Source of the DNA: Actinomycetota bacterium
GTDB lineage: Bacteria; Actinomycetota; Actinomycetes; Nanopelagicales; Nanopelagicaceae
Assembly: GCA_010024385.1 (NCBI GenBank)
Contig: RGHD01000002.1
Location: forward strand, 5,567-69,566
Reading direction: 5' to 3'
Length of the DNA: 64,000 nt
The translations under genes were made by a program, and so were the position numbers. Shown piece by piece: positions 38,853 through 48,654 of this stretch. The notes under the pieces were generated by a model. The model was not told where the DNA came from and ran no database searches. It saw only the letters and a program-made list of their open reading frames with translations. Each line of letters starts with the position of its first letter. The first letter of the stretch is position 1.

Positions 38853-39574
38853 AAGATTTCTTTGTAGAACAAATCATGAGTGGATTCCTCATTACAGCAC
38901 TGCCTGTGGCCTTTATTGCCGGTGTAATTTCTTTTCTATCTCCATGTATCTTACCTCTCGTTCCAGGGTACCTATCTTTTGCTGCAGGTTTTTCCTCAAG
39001 CCGTGGCAAAGTATTTCTTGGCTCAGTTTTGTTTGTCCTTGGCTTTAGCTTTGTATTTGTCTCATTTGGTGCAATCTTTGGTGGGCTCGGAAATCAATTG
39101 GTTGCTAACGAAGCAATAATCTCAATAATCCTTGGTTTAATCACGATATTCCTCGGTTTTATATTTTTAGGTAAATTTCCATTTGCTCCAACATTTCGCC
39201 CCACAATGAAAACAACAGGCGGCTTAATTGGTGCACCGATTTTAGGTTTTCTCTTTGGCGTGGGTTGGACACCCTGCATTGGTCCGGCATTAGCAGCAGT
39301 TCAAACTTTAGCTTTTCAAGAATCAAGTGCGCTGCGTGGAGCGTTATTGTCTTTGGGTTATTGCTTAGGTTTGGGCCTTCCATTTATAGCATCGGGTGTT
39401 TTCTTGGATCGCTCAGAGAAATTACGCAAGTATCTAGTCAAGCGCGGAGACTTGATTACAAAAATTGGTGGAGTTTTTCTCATTACTCTGGGTCTATTGC
39501 AAGTCACCGGCTTATGGGGTCAATTAATGAACTCAATGCGCTCTCTTATTTCAGATTTCATTCCGGTGGTTTAA
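38849..39574 (+). CDS. ccdA: Cytochrome c biogenesis thiol transporter CcdA (DsbD family)
   Basis: It has six TM segments and conserved Cys residues in 'LSPCILPLVPG' and 'GWTPCIGP'. Confidence 0.88.
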   Translation: MKDFFVEQIMSGFLITALPVAFIAGVISFLSPCILPLVPGYLSFAAGFSSSRGKVFLGSVLFVLGFSFVFVSFGAIFGGLGNQLVANEAIISIILGLITIFLGFIFLGKFPFAPTFRPTMKTTGGLIGAPILGFLFGVGWTPCIGPALAAVQTLAFQESSALRGALLSLGYCLGLGLPFIASGVFLDRSEKLRKYLVKRGDLITKIGGVFLITLGLLQVTGLWGQLMNSMRSLISDFIPVV

Positions 39575-41044
39575 ATGAGCAACGAGATAGAAGTCCCAGA
39601 GTTAGGTAGCGTTGGTTTATTGCGCTATGGCTGGCGCCAATTAACAAGTATGCGTACAGCGCTCATTTTGCTGTTATTGCTTGGTGTTGCATCCATACCT
39701 GGATCACTAGTTCCTCAGCGCACGCAGAATCCTATTCAAGTGGGGGAATACTTCAAGAATTCACCAGAGCTCGCTAAATGGATGGATCGTTTTTCACTCT
39801 TTGATGTCTATGGATCCCCATGGTTTAGCGCAATTTATATCTTGCTCTTTATCTCACTTATTGGCTGTGTTCTACCTAGAACATTCGAACATTTTCACGC
39901 AGCACGTGCGCTTCCGCCTGTCACACCAAAGAATCTTGATCGCATGGAGCATTTCTCCACTTGGAGTTCACAAGGCGATGAATTGGACAAAGCCCGGGCT
40001 TGGTTTAAATCAAAGCGATTTAGAGTTCTAGAAAAAGATGGTTCTATCTCTGCTGAAAAAGGATTTATGCGAGAGACAGGAAATCTATTTTTCCACTTAG
40101 CACTTATTTTGGTCTTGCTAGGAATTTCATTTAGCTCTCTATTTGGTATGCGAGGAATGGCAATTATAAATGTAGGTGAGCGCTTCGTGAACACCACAAC
40201 CAGTTACGATTCTTTGAAATTGGGCAAGTTGTTTAATGAAAATAATCTTCCTGATTTTGCACTCACAGTTGATAAATTTACTGCAAAATATAATGTGGTA
40301 ACTAGCGCACCTGAGGACTACACCCTCGATATTACTTTTGCTGCGGACGATTTTAATAAAACAGAGAAGCGCACAATAAAAGTAAACTCACCACTGAAAT
40401 TAGGTGATACCAGTATTTACTTACAGGCAAATGGTTATTCACCAGTTGTGACTGTGAGGGATTCAAAGGGCAATGTTGCACTGCAAGGACCGGTGCCTTT
40501 CTTGCCACAGGATGGGAATCTACGATCCATCGGTGCCATTAAGGTTCCAGATGCAGATCCGCAGATTGGTTTTGTGGGTTCATTTGTGCCAACGTATTCG
40601 CGCAGTGGCACAGATGGTGCAGTGAGTGTTTTTCCTGAAGCCCTAGATCCACGGCTCTTGTTAGCTGCATGGTTGGGTGATTTAGGTCTCGATAGTGGAG
40701 TTCCACAATCTGTGTATCGCATTGACACATCAAAGATGAACCAAGTTGGTCTTAAATCACTAAAGCCAGGTGAGACTTTTACATACCCGCAAGGTTCAAT
40801 AACTTTCGAGGGATATCTTCAGTGGGTCAATATTGAGATAGTCAATGATCCTGGGAAGAACTATGCCCTCCTCGGCAGTATTGTTGCCATCCTGGGCTTG
40901 CTTGCATCACTGTTTACAAGACGCCGCCGAATCTGGATTCGTGTTGGTAAGTCTGTAGAAGTTGCAGGTTTAGCTAAAAATGCAGCACCAGGTTTAGAGA
41001 GTGAAATGGCAGATTTTGTAGCAATGTTAAAGGGAGAGAAATAG
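39575..41044 (+). CDS. resB: Cytochrome c biogenesis protein ResB/Ccs1 (system II)
   Basis: The N-terminus 'WRQLTSMRTALILL' and the TM pattern with a large extracytoplasmic loop fit ResB. It lies between ccdA and ccsA. Confidence 0.88.
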   Translation: MSNEIEVPELGSVGLLRYGWRQLTSMRTALILLLLLGVASIPGSLVPQRTQNPIQVGEYFKNSPELAKWMDRFSLFDVYGSPWFSAIYILLFISLIGCVLPRTFEHFHAARALPPVTPKNLDRMEHFSTWSSQGDELDKARAWFKSKRFRVLEKDGSISAEKGFMRETGNLFFHLALILVLLGISFSSLFGMRGMAIINVGERFVNTTTSYDSLKLGKLFNENNLPDFALTVDKFTAKYNVVTSAPEDYTLDITFAADDFNKTEKRTIKVNSPLKLGDTSIYLQANGYSPVVTVRDSKGNVALQGPVPFLPQDGNLRSIGAIKVPDADPQIGFVGSFVPTYSRSGTDGAVSVFPEALDPRLLLAAWLGDLGLDSGVPQSVYRIDTSKMNQVGLKSLKPGETFTYPQGSITFEGYLQWVNIEIVNDPGKNYALLGSIVAILGLLASLFTRRRRIWIRVGKSVEVAGLAKNAAPGLESEMADFVAMLKGEK

Positions 41045-41938
41045 ATGTCACGCACTTGGGCTTATCTATCTAACTACCTTGTGTATTCATCAATGGCCGT
41101 TTACACCCTTTCATTTATTGCTCATGCAATTGAAACAGCGTGGGCTGTTCGAGTAACAACCGAAGATTCAAAGAAGAACATGGATTACAAGCGCACAGAG
41201 AAAGTTGCGCGCATTGCTACTGCAATGATGATTTTAGGATTCGTATTGCTTTTTGTTGGTGTTGTTGCACGTGGTGTTTCGGCTGGTCGTGTGCCTTGGG
41301 GCAATATGTATGAGTTTTCAATTACAGGCGCTTTGGCATTTTCTGGTGCATACCTTGTCGCACTGCGTAAATATGATCTGCGTTGGTTGGGATTACTAGT
41401 TTCTATCGCAGTACTACTCACTCTTGGAACAGCTGTTGCAGTTCTCTATCGTCCAAGTGCACCTCTAGTGCCTGCCCTTAAATCAACATGGTTAGTTATT
41501 CATGTATCTGCAGCGATTATCTCGGGTGGTGTTTTCTTACTGGCAAATGCGATTGCCGCTGCATACTTGTATTTAGATGCAATGGAGTCTCGCGGGGAAA
41601 GAACTGCTTGGGCAAAACGGTTGCCATCACTTGAAGTTCTAGATCAACTCTCATATCGCTTAGTTGCATTTGTATTTCCACTATGGACATTTGCAGTTAT
41701 TGCAGGTGCTATTTGGGCCGAAAGTGCATGGGGTCGCTATTGGGGCTGGGATCCAAAAGAGACGTGGGCATTTATTACGTGGGTGGCATATGCGGCATAT
41801 CTACATGCACGTGTAACAGTTGGTTGGCGTGGACGCAAAGCTGCGTGGTTGTGTTTGTTTGCGGGGTCAACATTCCTATTTAACTATGTATACATAAACG
41901 TCTGGGGCACAGGAAAGCACACGTACTCAGGTTTATAG
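41045..41938 (+). CDS. ccsA: Cytochrome c assembly protein CcsA/ResC
   Basis: It has the Trp-rich heme-handling motif 'WGRYWGWDPKETW' and conserved His residues. Confidence 0.9.
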   Translation: MSRTWAYLSNYLVYSSMAVYTLSFIAHAIETAWAVRVTTEDSKKNMDYKRTEKVARIATAMMILGFVLLFVGVVARGVSAGRVPWGNMYEFSITGALAFSGAYLVALRKYDLRWLGLLVSIAVLLTLGTAVAVLYRPSAPLVPALKSTWLVIHVSAAIISGGVFLLANAIAAAYLYLDAMESRGERTAWAKRLPSLEVLDQLSYRLVAFVFPLWTFAVIAGAIWAESAWGRYWGWDPKETWAFITWVAYAAYLHARVTVGWRGRKAAWLCLFAGSTFLFNYVYINVWGTGKHTYSGL

Positions 41939-41941
41939 CGG

Positions 41942-42205
41942 TTAAATTTTCCTCAAGAAATCTGGATCATCATCTGGCGGCAAGATCCGACGCTTAGGTT
42001 TGCCTCCACCACTCTTGCGATTTCTTCCAGCAATTAAATAAGCAATCGGGCCAATAGCAAGTGCCTGTGGACCAATCAGAATAATTACGAGCAACCAACC
42101 CCACTTCGGCAAAGCCTTAACCTCTGACTCATCTCTACGTGCACAATCAATTAATGCATAGATAGTGATTCCAAAGACTAGAAAAAGAATAACGAATCTG
42201 GCCAT
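41942..42205 (-). CDS. Small membrane protein with PLD-nuclease N-terminal (PLDc_N) domain
   Basis: It has two TM segments, 'LPKWGWLLVIILIGP' and 'GPIAYLIAGR', and a basic tail. Confidence 0.65.
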   Translation of the reverse strand: MARFVILFLVFGITIYALIDCARRDESEVKALPKWGWLLVIILIGPQALAIGPIAYLIAGRNRKSGGGKPKRRILPPDDDPDFLRKI

Positions 42206-42209
42206 GGGA

Positions 42210-43058
42210 TTATTGTATCGCTAGAGCTAGTGCAAAGAGAGCCCCAAAAAACATTTGGAGTTTGCCGGTCTTGCCAAGCAGCGGAATAAGGCTAGGCCCA
42301 CTTTCACCAGACAAAACTGCTCGCGAAAGTGAGATTGTTAATGGAAGAACGGCCAAAGTTAGCAAAGAGCTAGGAAGCAAAGTTGCAAGTGCGCTTATGT
42401 GTGCGATGGCAAGTAATGCCACAAAACCTTTGCGAGCTTTTGAATCACCTACTCTGACAGCCAAAGTTCGCTTACCTACTAATTCATCTTGTGCGCGATC
42501 TCGGATGTTATTAACTACCAATATTGCGCAAGAGAGTGCGCCCATAGGCACGGCACACAAAATACTTAGTGCAGTAATACGACCAGTTTGTGAATAGAAC
42601 GTACCAATCGTTGCAGTTAAACCAAAAAAGACAAATACTGAAACTTCACCCAAACCGCTATAGCCATATGGATTTTTTCCGCCGGTGTAACCCCATGCTG
42701 CAGCGATGGCTGCAACACCCACAACCATTAACCATGGTGAACTCAATAAAGAGAGCCAGATTCCGGCGATGGAGGCGATACCAAAAGATATGAATGCTGC
42801 CCGCTTTACTTGCGCAGCTGTTGCCAAACCACTTGCAACTAAACGTGTTGGCCCAATGCGATTGTCATCGCTTCCCTTAACGCCATCTGAATAATCGTTG
42901 GCATAATTAACGCCGATCTGAAGCCAAACTCCCACCTTTAGAGCTAGAGCGGCTCGAAACCAGTTCCAATCACTACCTACTAACGCAGTTGCAACAAATA
43001 CAGGTGCGATAGCTGCAGGCAATGTGCGCGGGCGCGCACCGAGAATCCATTTATTCAT
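42210..43058 (-). CDS. menA: 1,4-dihydroxy-2-naphthoate polyprenyltransferase
   Basis: It has the UbiA-family motif 'NDYSDGVKGSD' and about 8 TM segments. I prefer ATG 43058, which is preceded by GGTGGG, over the TTG at 43076. Confidence 0.88.
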   Translation of the reverse strand: MNKWILGARPRTLPAAIAPVFVATALVGSDWNWFRAALALKVGVWLQIGVNYANDYSDGVKGSDDNRIGPTRLVASGLATAAQVKRAAFISFGIASIAGIWLSLLSSPWLMVVGVAAIAAAWGYTGGKNPYGYSGLGEVSVFVFFGLTATIGTFYSQTGRITALSILCAVPMGALSCAILVVNNIRDRAQDELVGKRTLAVRVGDSKARKGFVALLAIAHISALATLLPSSLLTLAVLPLTISLSRAVLSGESGPSLIPLLGKTGKLQMFFGALFALALAIQ

Positions 43059-44127
43059 GTCCCACCATTTTCGCAAGGGCTATGCGATCGACTTTGCCGA
43101 TACCGAGCAAGGGTAACTGCTCTAAGTGATGAATTCCTTTTGGCTTTGATGCAGCTCCTAGGGCTGCCTCTAAATAATGTGAAATCTCACTTTCACCGAT
43201 TTCACCAACCACAGCTAAGTGCAAAGCTTGTCCCCACTGAATGTCATTGACTGCAAAGGCGGCAAATTCAATCTCTGGATAACGAATTGAAAGTGTTGCT
43301 TCTATGGCAGTGAGTGAGAGATTTTCACCACCTGAAATGATTACATCATCGGCTCGTCCCAAAATATGAAGCTTGCCATCAATTACTTCACCAAGATCAT
43401 TTGTAATAAACCATCCATCACTAAGAATATAGAGCTCTGGAGCATTCAAATAAGTCTCTGACATTACCGAACCACGGATTTGAACTAAAGATTTTTCATT
43501 GAGGCAATATTCGACACCTTCAATTGCTTGCCCGTTATAAACACAGCCACCAGAAGTCTCAGTCATTCCGTAGGTTTCAACAACATTAATTCCAGCATCT
43601 ATCGCTTGTTGGCGCAGTGTTGGTGATAACGCTGCGCCTCCTACCAAAACTGCTTGTGCACTTTGAAGATGGTGCAGTAAACGTTCATCACTATTGAGTG
43701 CTCTAAACAACTGCGTTGGGACTATTGAAGTGAAATCCACTTTTGGATACTCGCCTTGGTGCTCACGTAAATCAATGGGAAGTGTTCCAAGTTCCATTGA
43801 TCGAATAATCACGTTGACTGCAGCTATATGAGTGAGTGGTAAGAACAAAGACCACAGTTGTCCAGGCTTTGCTTCTAAGAACTTATTTGATGCCCGAGCA
43901 GATGCAAGTAAAGCCGAAGCTGTGAATGCAACCTCTTTACTCATGCCAGTAGTGCCGCTGGTGCCAATAACTAATGCAATACGTGAAGGGGCGCCAGTTG
44001 ATCGAACTTCGCCAAGACCTAAGGCTGGGCCAGTACCAGTCAGGGCTGCTGTGATTTTTCCCGCTAAATCAGGGATAGCGCACGCAGGGCTGACCCGGTG
44101 AATATCTCGTTGTGACTTCATCTCCAT
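43051..44127 (-). CDS. menE: o-Succinylbenzoate--CoA ligase
   Basis: It has the AMP-binding motif 'GTSGTTGMSKEV' and 'ETYGMTET'. It is short (358 aa), which is typical of actinobacterial MenE, and it lies in a men gene context. Confidence 0.85.
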   Translation of the reverse strand: MEMKSQRDIHRVSPACAIPDLAGKITAALTGTGPALGLGEVRSTGAPSRIALVIGTSGTTGMSKEVAFTASALLASARASNKFLEAKPGQLWSLFLPLTHIAAVNVIIRSMELGTLPIDLREHQGEYPKVDFTSIVPTQLFRALNSDERLLHHLQSAQAVLVGGAALSPTLRQQAIDAGINVVETYGMTETSGGCVYNGQAIEGVEYCLNEKSLVQIRGSVMSETYLNAPELYILSDGWFITNDLGEVIDGKLHILGRADDVIISGGENLSLTAIEATLSIRYPEIEFAAFAVNDIQWGQALHLAVVGEIGESEISHYLEAALGAASKPKGIHHLEQLPLLGIGKVDRIALAKMVGHE

Positions 44128-44163
44128 TGCACCCGTAGGGTATCCCTTGTAAAGACAATGGAG
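44122..44163. promoter_or_regulatory. 8-bp inverted repeat (CTCCATTG-N26-CAATGGAG) spanning the 41-bp menE/menB divergent region
   Basis: I read this directly from the sequence. The left arm includes the menE ATG and the right arm includes the menB Shine-Dalgarno sequence, so coding and SD constraints may explain part of it. Confidence 0.15.
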
Positions 44164-44168
44164 GAAAT

Positions 44169-45047
44169 GTGAGCAAGCCCTTTAAGCGTGATTTTGGTAG
44201 CCGTGAGATACCTCATTGGATAACTGCGCCTGGCGGTGAAGAGTTCGTTGATATTAAATATCAAATGGGTGATGGTATTGCCAAGATCACCATTAATCGA
44301 CCTCAAGTTCGTAATGCATTTCGTCCGCAAACCATTATTGAATTAATTGAAGCTTTCCATTTAGCGCGCGATAACGAAGAAGTCGGCGTCATCATCTTTA
44401 CTGGTGAAGGTACTGAAGCTTTTTGTTCAGGTGGCGACATAAGTGTGCGCGGTGATGATGGATATCTTGGTGATGACAAATTAGCTAAAAAGGGTATTGG
44501 ACGTCTTAATGTTTTAGATTTGCAAGTTCAAATCCGTCGCACACCAAAACCTGTTGTTGCAATGGTTGCTGGATGGGCAGTTGGTGGGGGACATGTGTTA
44601 CATGTTGTCTGTGATTTAACCGTTGCTGCAGATAATGCAAAGTTTGGCCAAACCGGTCCCATGGTTGGTTCATTTGATGGCGGCTATGGTGCTGGTTTGC
44701 TTGCAGCACATGTTGGCCAAAAGAAGGCGCGCGAAATTTGGTTTATGACTCGTCAATACAACGCCCAAGAAGCACTTGATATGGGACTTGTGAATACTGT
44801 TGTTCCACTCGCAGAGCTTGAAGCAGAAACTGTCTCTTGGTGCCGCGAGATGCTTCGTAACTCACCACTTGCACTTCGCTTACTTAAAGCAAGTTTAAAT
44901 GCTGCAGATGATGGTTTAGCTGGTGTTCAGCAGTTAGCAGGGGATGCAACCTTGTTGTTCTATATGACTGAAGAAGGTCAAGAAGGACGCGATGCATATA
45001 TGGAAAAACGAGATCCTAATTTCGGGAAATTTCCAAAGCGCCCCTAA
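44169..45047 (+). CDS. menB: 1,4-dihydroxy-2-naphthoyl-CoA synthase
   Basis: It has a crotonase fold with 'AFCSGGD' and '[16 protein letters not shown]'. The GTG start is preceded by GGAGGA. Confidence 0.95.
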   Translation: MSKPFKRDFGSREIPHWITAPGGEEFVDIKYQMGDGIAKITINRPQVRNAFRPQTIIELIEAFHLARDNEEVGVIIFTGEGTEAFCSGGDISVRGDDGYLGDDKLAKKGIGRLNVLDLQVQIRRTPKPVVAMVAGWAVGGGHVLHVVCDLTVAADNAKFGQTGPMVGSFDGGYGAGLLAAHVGQKKAREIWFMTRQYNAQEALDMGLVNTVVPLAELEAETVSWCREMLRNSPLALRLLKASLNAADDGLAGVQQLAGDATLLFYMTEEGQEGRDAYMEKRDPNFGKFPKRP

Positions 45048-45050
45048 ACG

Positions 45051-45980
45051 ATGCTTGATTTGATTCTCGACTCTCTAAGGGTCATTAGCCTTCCCATGAA
45101 GACCAATTTTCGTGGAATCAATCACCGCGAGGTAGCACTATTTGAAGGACCACAAGGTTGGGCGGAGTTCTCACCTTTCATTGAATACTCTGATGAAGAA
45201 TCTTCACACTGGTTAGCCTGTGCAATAGAGGCTGCAACACAGGTACCTCCAAAACTATATCGAAACTCAATTGGCGTAAATGCAACGATGCCTGCGCTCA
45301 ATAGCCAAAGTGAGATTGCAGATATTCTTGCAGGATTTCCTGGTTGCACAACAGTAAAGATTAAAGTTGGAACAAATGAGAAAGAAGACTTAGAAAGAAT
45401 CGCAACAGTAAGAAAGTTAAGTCCACAATCCAAGATTCGCATTGATGTAAATGGTTTGTGGAGCGTGGATCAGGCAGCACAGTTCTTAGAGCGCTGTGGG
45501 GAGATTGAATACGTAGAACAGCCATGTGCCACAGTGGCCGAACTGCGTGAATTGAAATCACGAGTGAATGTGAAGATTGTTGGTGATGAAATACTTCGTA
45601 AGAGTGAAAACCCATTCGAATTAGATCTAGATGGTGCGATAGATATTTTGATGCTAAAAGTTCAACCACTGGGTGGGATTAAGAACGCCCACGCTTTGGC
45701 TTCTCACCACAAATTACCAGTCGTTGTTTCAAGCGCCCTTGAGTGTGCTGTGGGTATTAATTACGGACTAACTCTGGCCGCCTCTTTTGAAGAGATGAGT
45801 TATGACTGCGGCCTTGGCACAGGCTCACTTCTAGCAAGGGACGTTGCAGATATTCCAATTGTTGATGGAAAAATGCAGATTCAGCCAGTCGAGCCCAACT
45901 TTGATGGGTTAGATGTGTCTGCCGAACGCTTTGATTGGTGGAAGAATCGAATCATGAGAACTGCGGCGCTACTGGGATGA
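45051..45980 (+). CDS. menC: o-Succinylbenzoate synthase (enolase superfamily)
   Basis: The metal and catalytic residues follow the pattern 'KIKVG', 'IRIDVNG', 'VEQP' and 'GDE'. It sits between menB and menD. Confidence 0.85.
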   Translation: MLDLILDSLRVISLPMKTNFRGINHREVALFEGPQGWAEFSPFIEYSDEESSHWLACAIEAATQVPPKLYRNSIGVNATMPALNSQSEIADILAGFPGCTTVKIKVGTNEKEDLERIATVRKLSPQSKIRIDVNGLWSVDQAAQFLERCGEIEYVEQPCATVAELRELKSRVNVKIVGDEILRKSENPFELDLDGAIDILMLKVQPLGGIKNAHALASHHKLPVVVSSALECAVGINYGLTLAASFEEMSYDCGLGTGSLLARDVADIPIVDGKMQIQPVEPNFDGLDVSAERFDWWKNRIMRTAALLG

Positions 45981-47551
45981 ACAACTCAACCAGTCTTGCG
46001 CGCGTGATGGTTCGCCAGATAATTGAAGCAGGAATCACCGACGTAGTTGTATCTCCAGGTTCTAGGAATGCACCACTCTCACTTGCATTCTTTGCTGCAT
46101 CAAAGCGTGGACTTATTAAGTTACATGTGAGAATTGATGAGCGCACAGCTGCTTTCTTTGCATTAGGAATCATTAAAGCAACAGGTCGCCCGGTTCCAAT
46201 TGTTTGCACAAGTGGAACGGCTGTTGCTAATTACCACCCAGCAGTACTAGAAGCCAGTCACACGAATGCTCCGCTATTAGTTTTAACTGCTGATCGCCCT
46301 GCTATCTTGCGTAAAACTGGTACAAATCAAACGACTGAACAAGCAAGAATTTATGGAAAAGCAGTTCGCTACTTTGCAGATATCGATGGACCAGTGTTTC
46401 CGATGGATCTGCCTTTTGATAGTTTGCGAAATGGACCAGTGCATTTAAATGTTCAGTTCGATGAACCGATGCTTCCAGATGAGTCTGATCAGTGGTTGGA
46501 TGAAATTAAAGTCTCTGCTAAAGCTTTCGAATCTAGAACTAAGCCATCAACACTCAAGAGTGATGCAAATAGAGGTGTTCTAGTTATTGGTCATGATCGC
46601 GGCGGATTAAGCGTTGAGAGCGTTAGAAAGTTTGCTAAAGAATTAGGTTGGCCGACTATTGCCGAGGATCCTCTTTCATTTCCTGATGCAGTAGCTCATG
46701 CCTCTATCTTCTTAACTTCAGTTCAAATTCGTGCAGCCTTGATTCCACAAACAGTAATTGTCATTGGTCGAACGACTTTGTCTCGCTCAATTAATACCTT
46801 CTTAAAACTAGCTCCCACTCAGATAGTTATTGATCCACGCATGGCCACTGTAGATAGTGACAGATATGCAGATAAGCGCTTTATGCAGATTCCAGAGCTC
46901 AATACAAAATCAGCATCACCTGAATGGATTGAGCAGTGGGAAAAATACGCAGATCGTGCTGCAAAGAGTATTGATGCACTAACTGGATTTAGCGAAGCTG
47001 TTATTGCTAGAGAGATAGCCGCCAACTTGCCTGAAGGTTCCACACTCTTTGTTTCATCTTCTAGACCCATCAGAGATTTAGAGGGATTTGGTACACCTCG
47101 TTCAGGTGTGAGAACTTATGCAAACCGGGGACTTGCTGGCATTGATGGCAATATTTCGACAGCCCTAGGAATTGCTTCGGCTAGCAAGCAAACATTTGCA
47201 GTACTGGGTGATTTATCTTTCTTACATGATTTAACTGGATTAATTCACCATGAAGATATTGATTGCTGCTTTATCGTGATTAACAACGATGGAGGTGGCA
47301 TTTTTTCTACGTTGCCACAACGTGGTGTAGATGGCTTTGAAAGCGTCTTTGGCACACCACATGGCCTTGACCCAGCTGCAATTGCTAGCGCAATGGGGAT
47401 TAATTCATCAACAATTTCATCTATTGATGAGCTGAAGAAAGTATTGAAGTCACCAGTTAAAGGTATTTCAATAGTTGTTGCAAACGTTGCATCCCGCGAT
47501 GAGAATGCGGATTCACTTAAAGCAATCTATGAATCGATGAACTCTATTTAA
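45977..47551 (+). CDS. menD: SEPHCHC synthase (2-succinyl-5-enolpyruvyl-6-hydroxy-3-cyclohexene-1-carboxylate synthase)
   Basis: It has the ThDP motif 'GDLSFLHD...NNDGGGIF' and the N-terminal 'VVSPGSRNAPL'. ATG 45977 overlaps the menC stop (ATGA). Confidence 0.92.
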   Translation: MNNSTSLARVMVRQIIEAGITDVVVSPGSRNAPLSLAFFAASKRGLIKLHVRIDERTAAFFALGIIKATGRPVPIVCTSGTAVANYHPAVLEASHTNAPLLVLTADRPAILRKTGTNQTTEQARIYGKAVRYFADIDGPVFPMDLPFDSLRNGPVHLNVQFDEPMLPDESDQWLDEIKVSAKAFESRTKPSTLKSDANRGVLVIGHDRGGLSVESVRKFAKELGWPTIAEDPLSFPDAVAHASIFLTSVQIRAALIPQTVIVIGRTTLSRSINTFLKLAPTQIVIDPRMATVDSDRYADKRFMQIPELNTKSASPEWIEQWEKYADRAAKSIDALTGFSEAVIAREIAANLPEGSTLFVSSSRPIRDLEGFGTPRSGVRTYANRGLAGIDGNISTALGIASASKQTFAVLGDLSFLHDLTGLIHHEDIDCCFIVINNDGGGIFSTLPQRGVDGFESVFGTPHGLDPAAIASAMGINSSTISSIDELKKVLKSPVKGISIVVANVASRDENADSLKAIYESMNSI

Positions 47552-48640
47552 ACTAATGCGCTTCTCATTGGTATGAACTTTGCTTCACTTTCAGCTAACT
47601 CTTTTACTGGATCAGATCCAGCAACAATGCCGCATCCAGCAAAGATTCGGATTGAATCACCTTTAATCTGACCACAACGCAGCGCAATACCTAATTCGCC
47701 ATCTCCTGCTGCATCAATCCAACCAACAGGGCCGGCATAGCGACCGCGAGAGATTGCTTCAATTTCATTGATAAGGGCGGCAGCTTTATCTCTAGGAGTT
47801 CCACAGACTGCTGCCGATGGATGAAGTTGTTCCAAGATTGTGAATGCATCAACATGGGTCAAAGTTTCAGCAAGAGCTCCAGTCACATCAGTTGCAAGGT
47901 GCATAACATTTGCTAAGTGCAAGACAAAAGGAGATTCAGGAACGTTGATAGATGTGCAGAAAGGCTCAATTGCATCTGCAACTGAGCGAACTGCATATTC
48001 ATGTTCTTCTAAATCCTTTGATGAACGCGCTAGTGATGCAGCAAGTGCTAAATCTCGCTCGTCATCACCGGTTTTACTGATAGTTCCAGCTAAGACTCGG
48101 GATGTGACCATGCTCTTTGTTAAACGCAAAAGAAGTTCAGGTGTTGCTCCCACCAAACCAGCCACAGAGAAGTTCCAAGTGGAGGGGTATTCAGCACCAG
48201 GCTTTCTCACTACTTTCACTAACTTCCCAGGTGATAGAAGTCTTAGGCAAATCTATTTTCTCTAAATTGAGAATCGGTTGTGGGTCTGAGCCAACCCAAG
48301 TAACCCATGATTTATCGCCTTTTTTACCCACTATTACTTTAGGAATGACAAGGACAGAGACATCATCAGGTGAGAAAGAAAATGAAGAGAACAGAATTGG
48401 TCCGGTGCCATTTCCGTGAACAGTATTAGTAACTGCAAATGTCTCTAACTGCTTCTGCCACCAGTGTCTGGCATCGGCAAATCTATGTGGCCCACTAACA
48501 GTTGTTGTTGCATAAACACCCCAACCAACTAAACCTTCCCCACCTCTTACCCAGGCAGTTGGAGCTGAATCTGGAAGCAAATCCAATAAGGGCAGGTGTT
48601 CGCCAAGGCGGGTGGTTGTGACAGGAATGAGGGAAGTCAT
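47548..48640 (-). pseudogene. menF: Isochorismate synthase MenF, split by a frameshift into N-terminal (48191..48640) and C-terminal (47548..48219) ORFs
   Basis: The C-terminal ORF carries chorismate-binding motifs ('GATPELL', 'GRYAGPVGW', 'GCGIVAGSDP..E..E'). The N-terminal ORF supplies the missing ~150 aa. The two frames overlap by 29 nt, and the shift must lie between 48191 and 48255. Confidence 0.75.
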
Positions 48641-48654
48641 AAGTGAAGTTCTAC

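Noticed and set aside
39265-39609. A 114-aa alternative-frame ORF lies inside ccdA. Similar alternative-frame ORFs occur in nuo genes (for example 54622..54843 and 59692..59892).
   Set aside because: These are embedded in well-supported genes on the same strand. They have no start-site signals or motifs and are most likely chance open frames.
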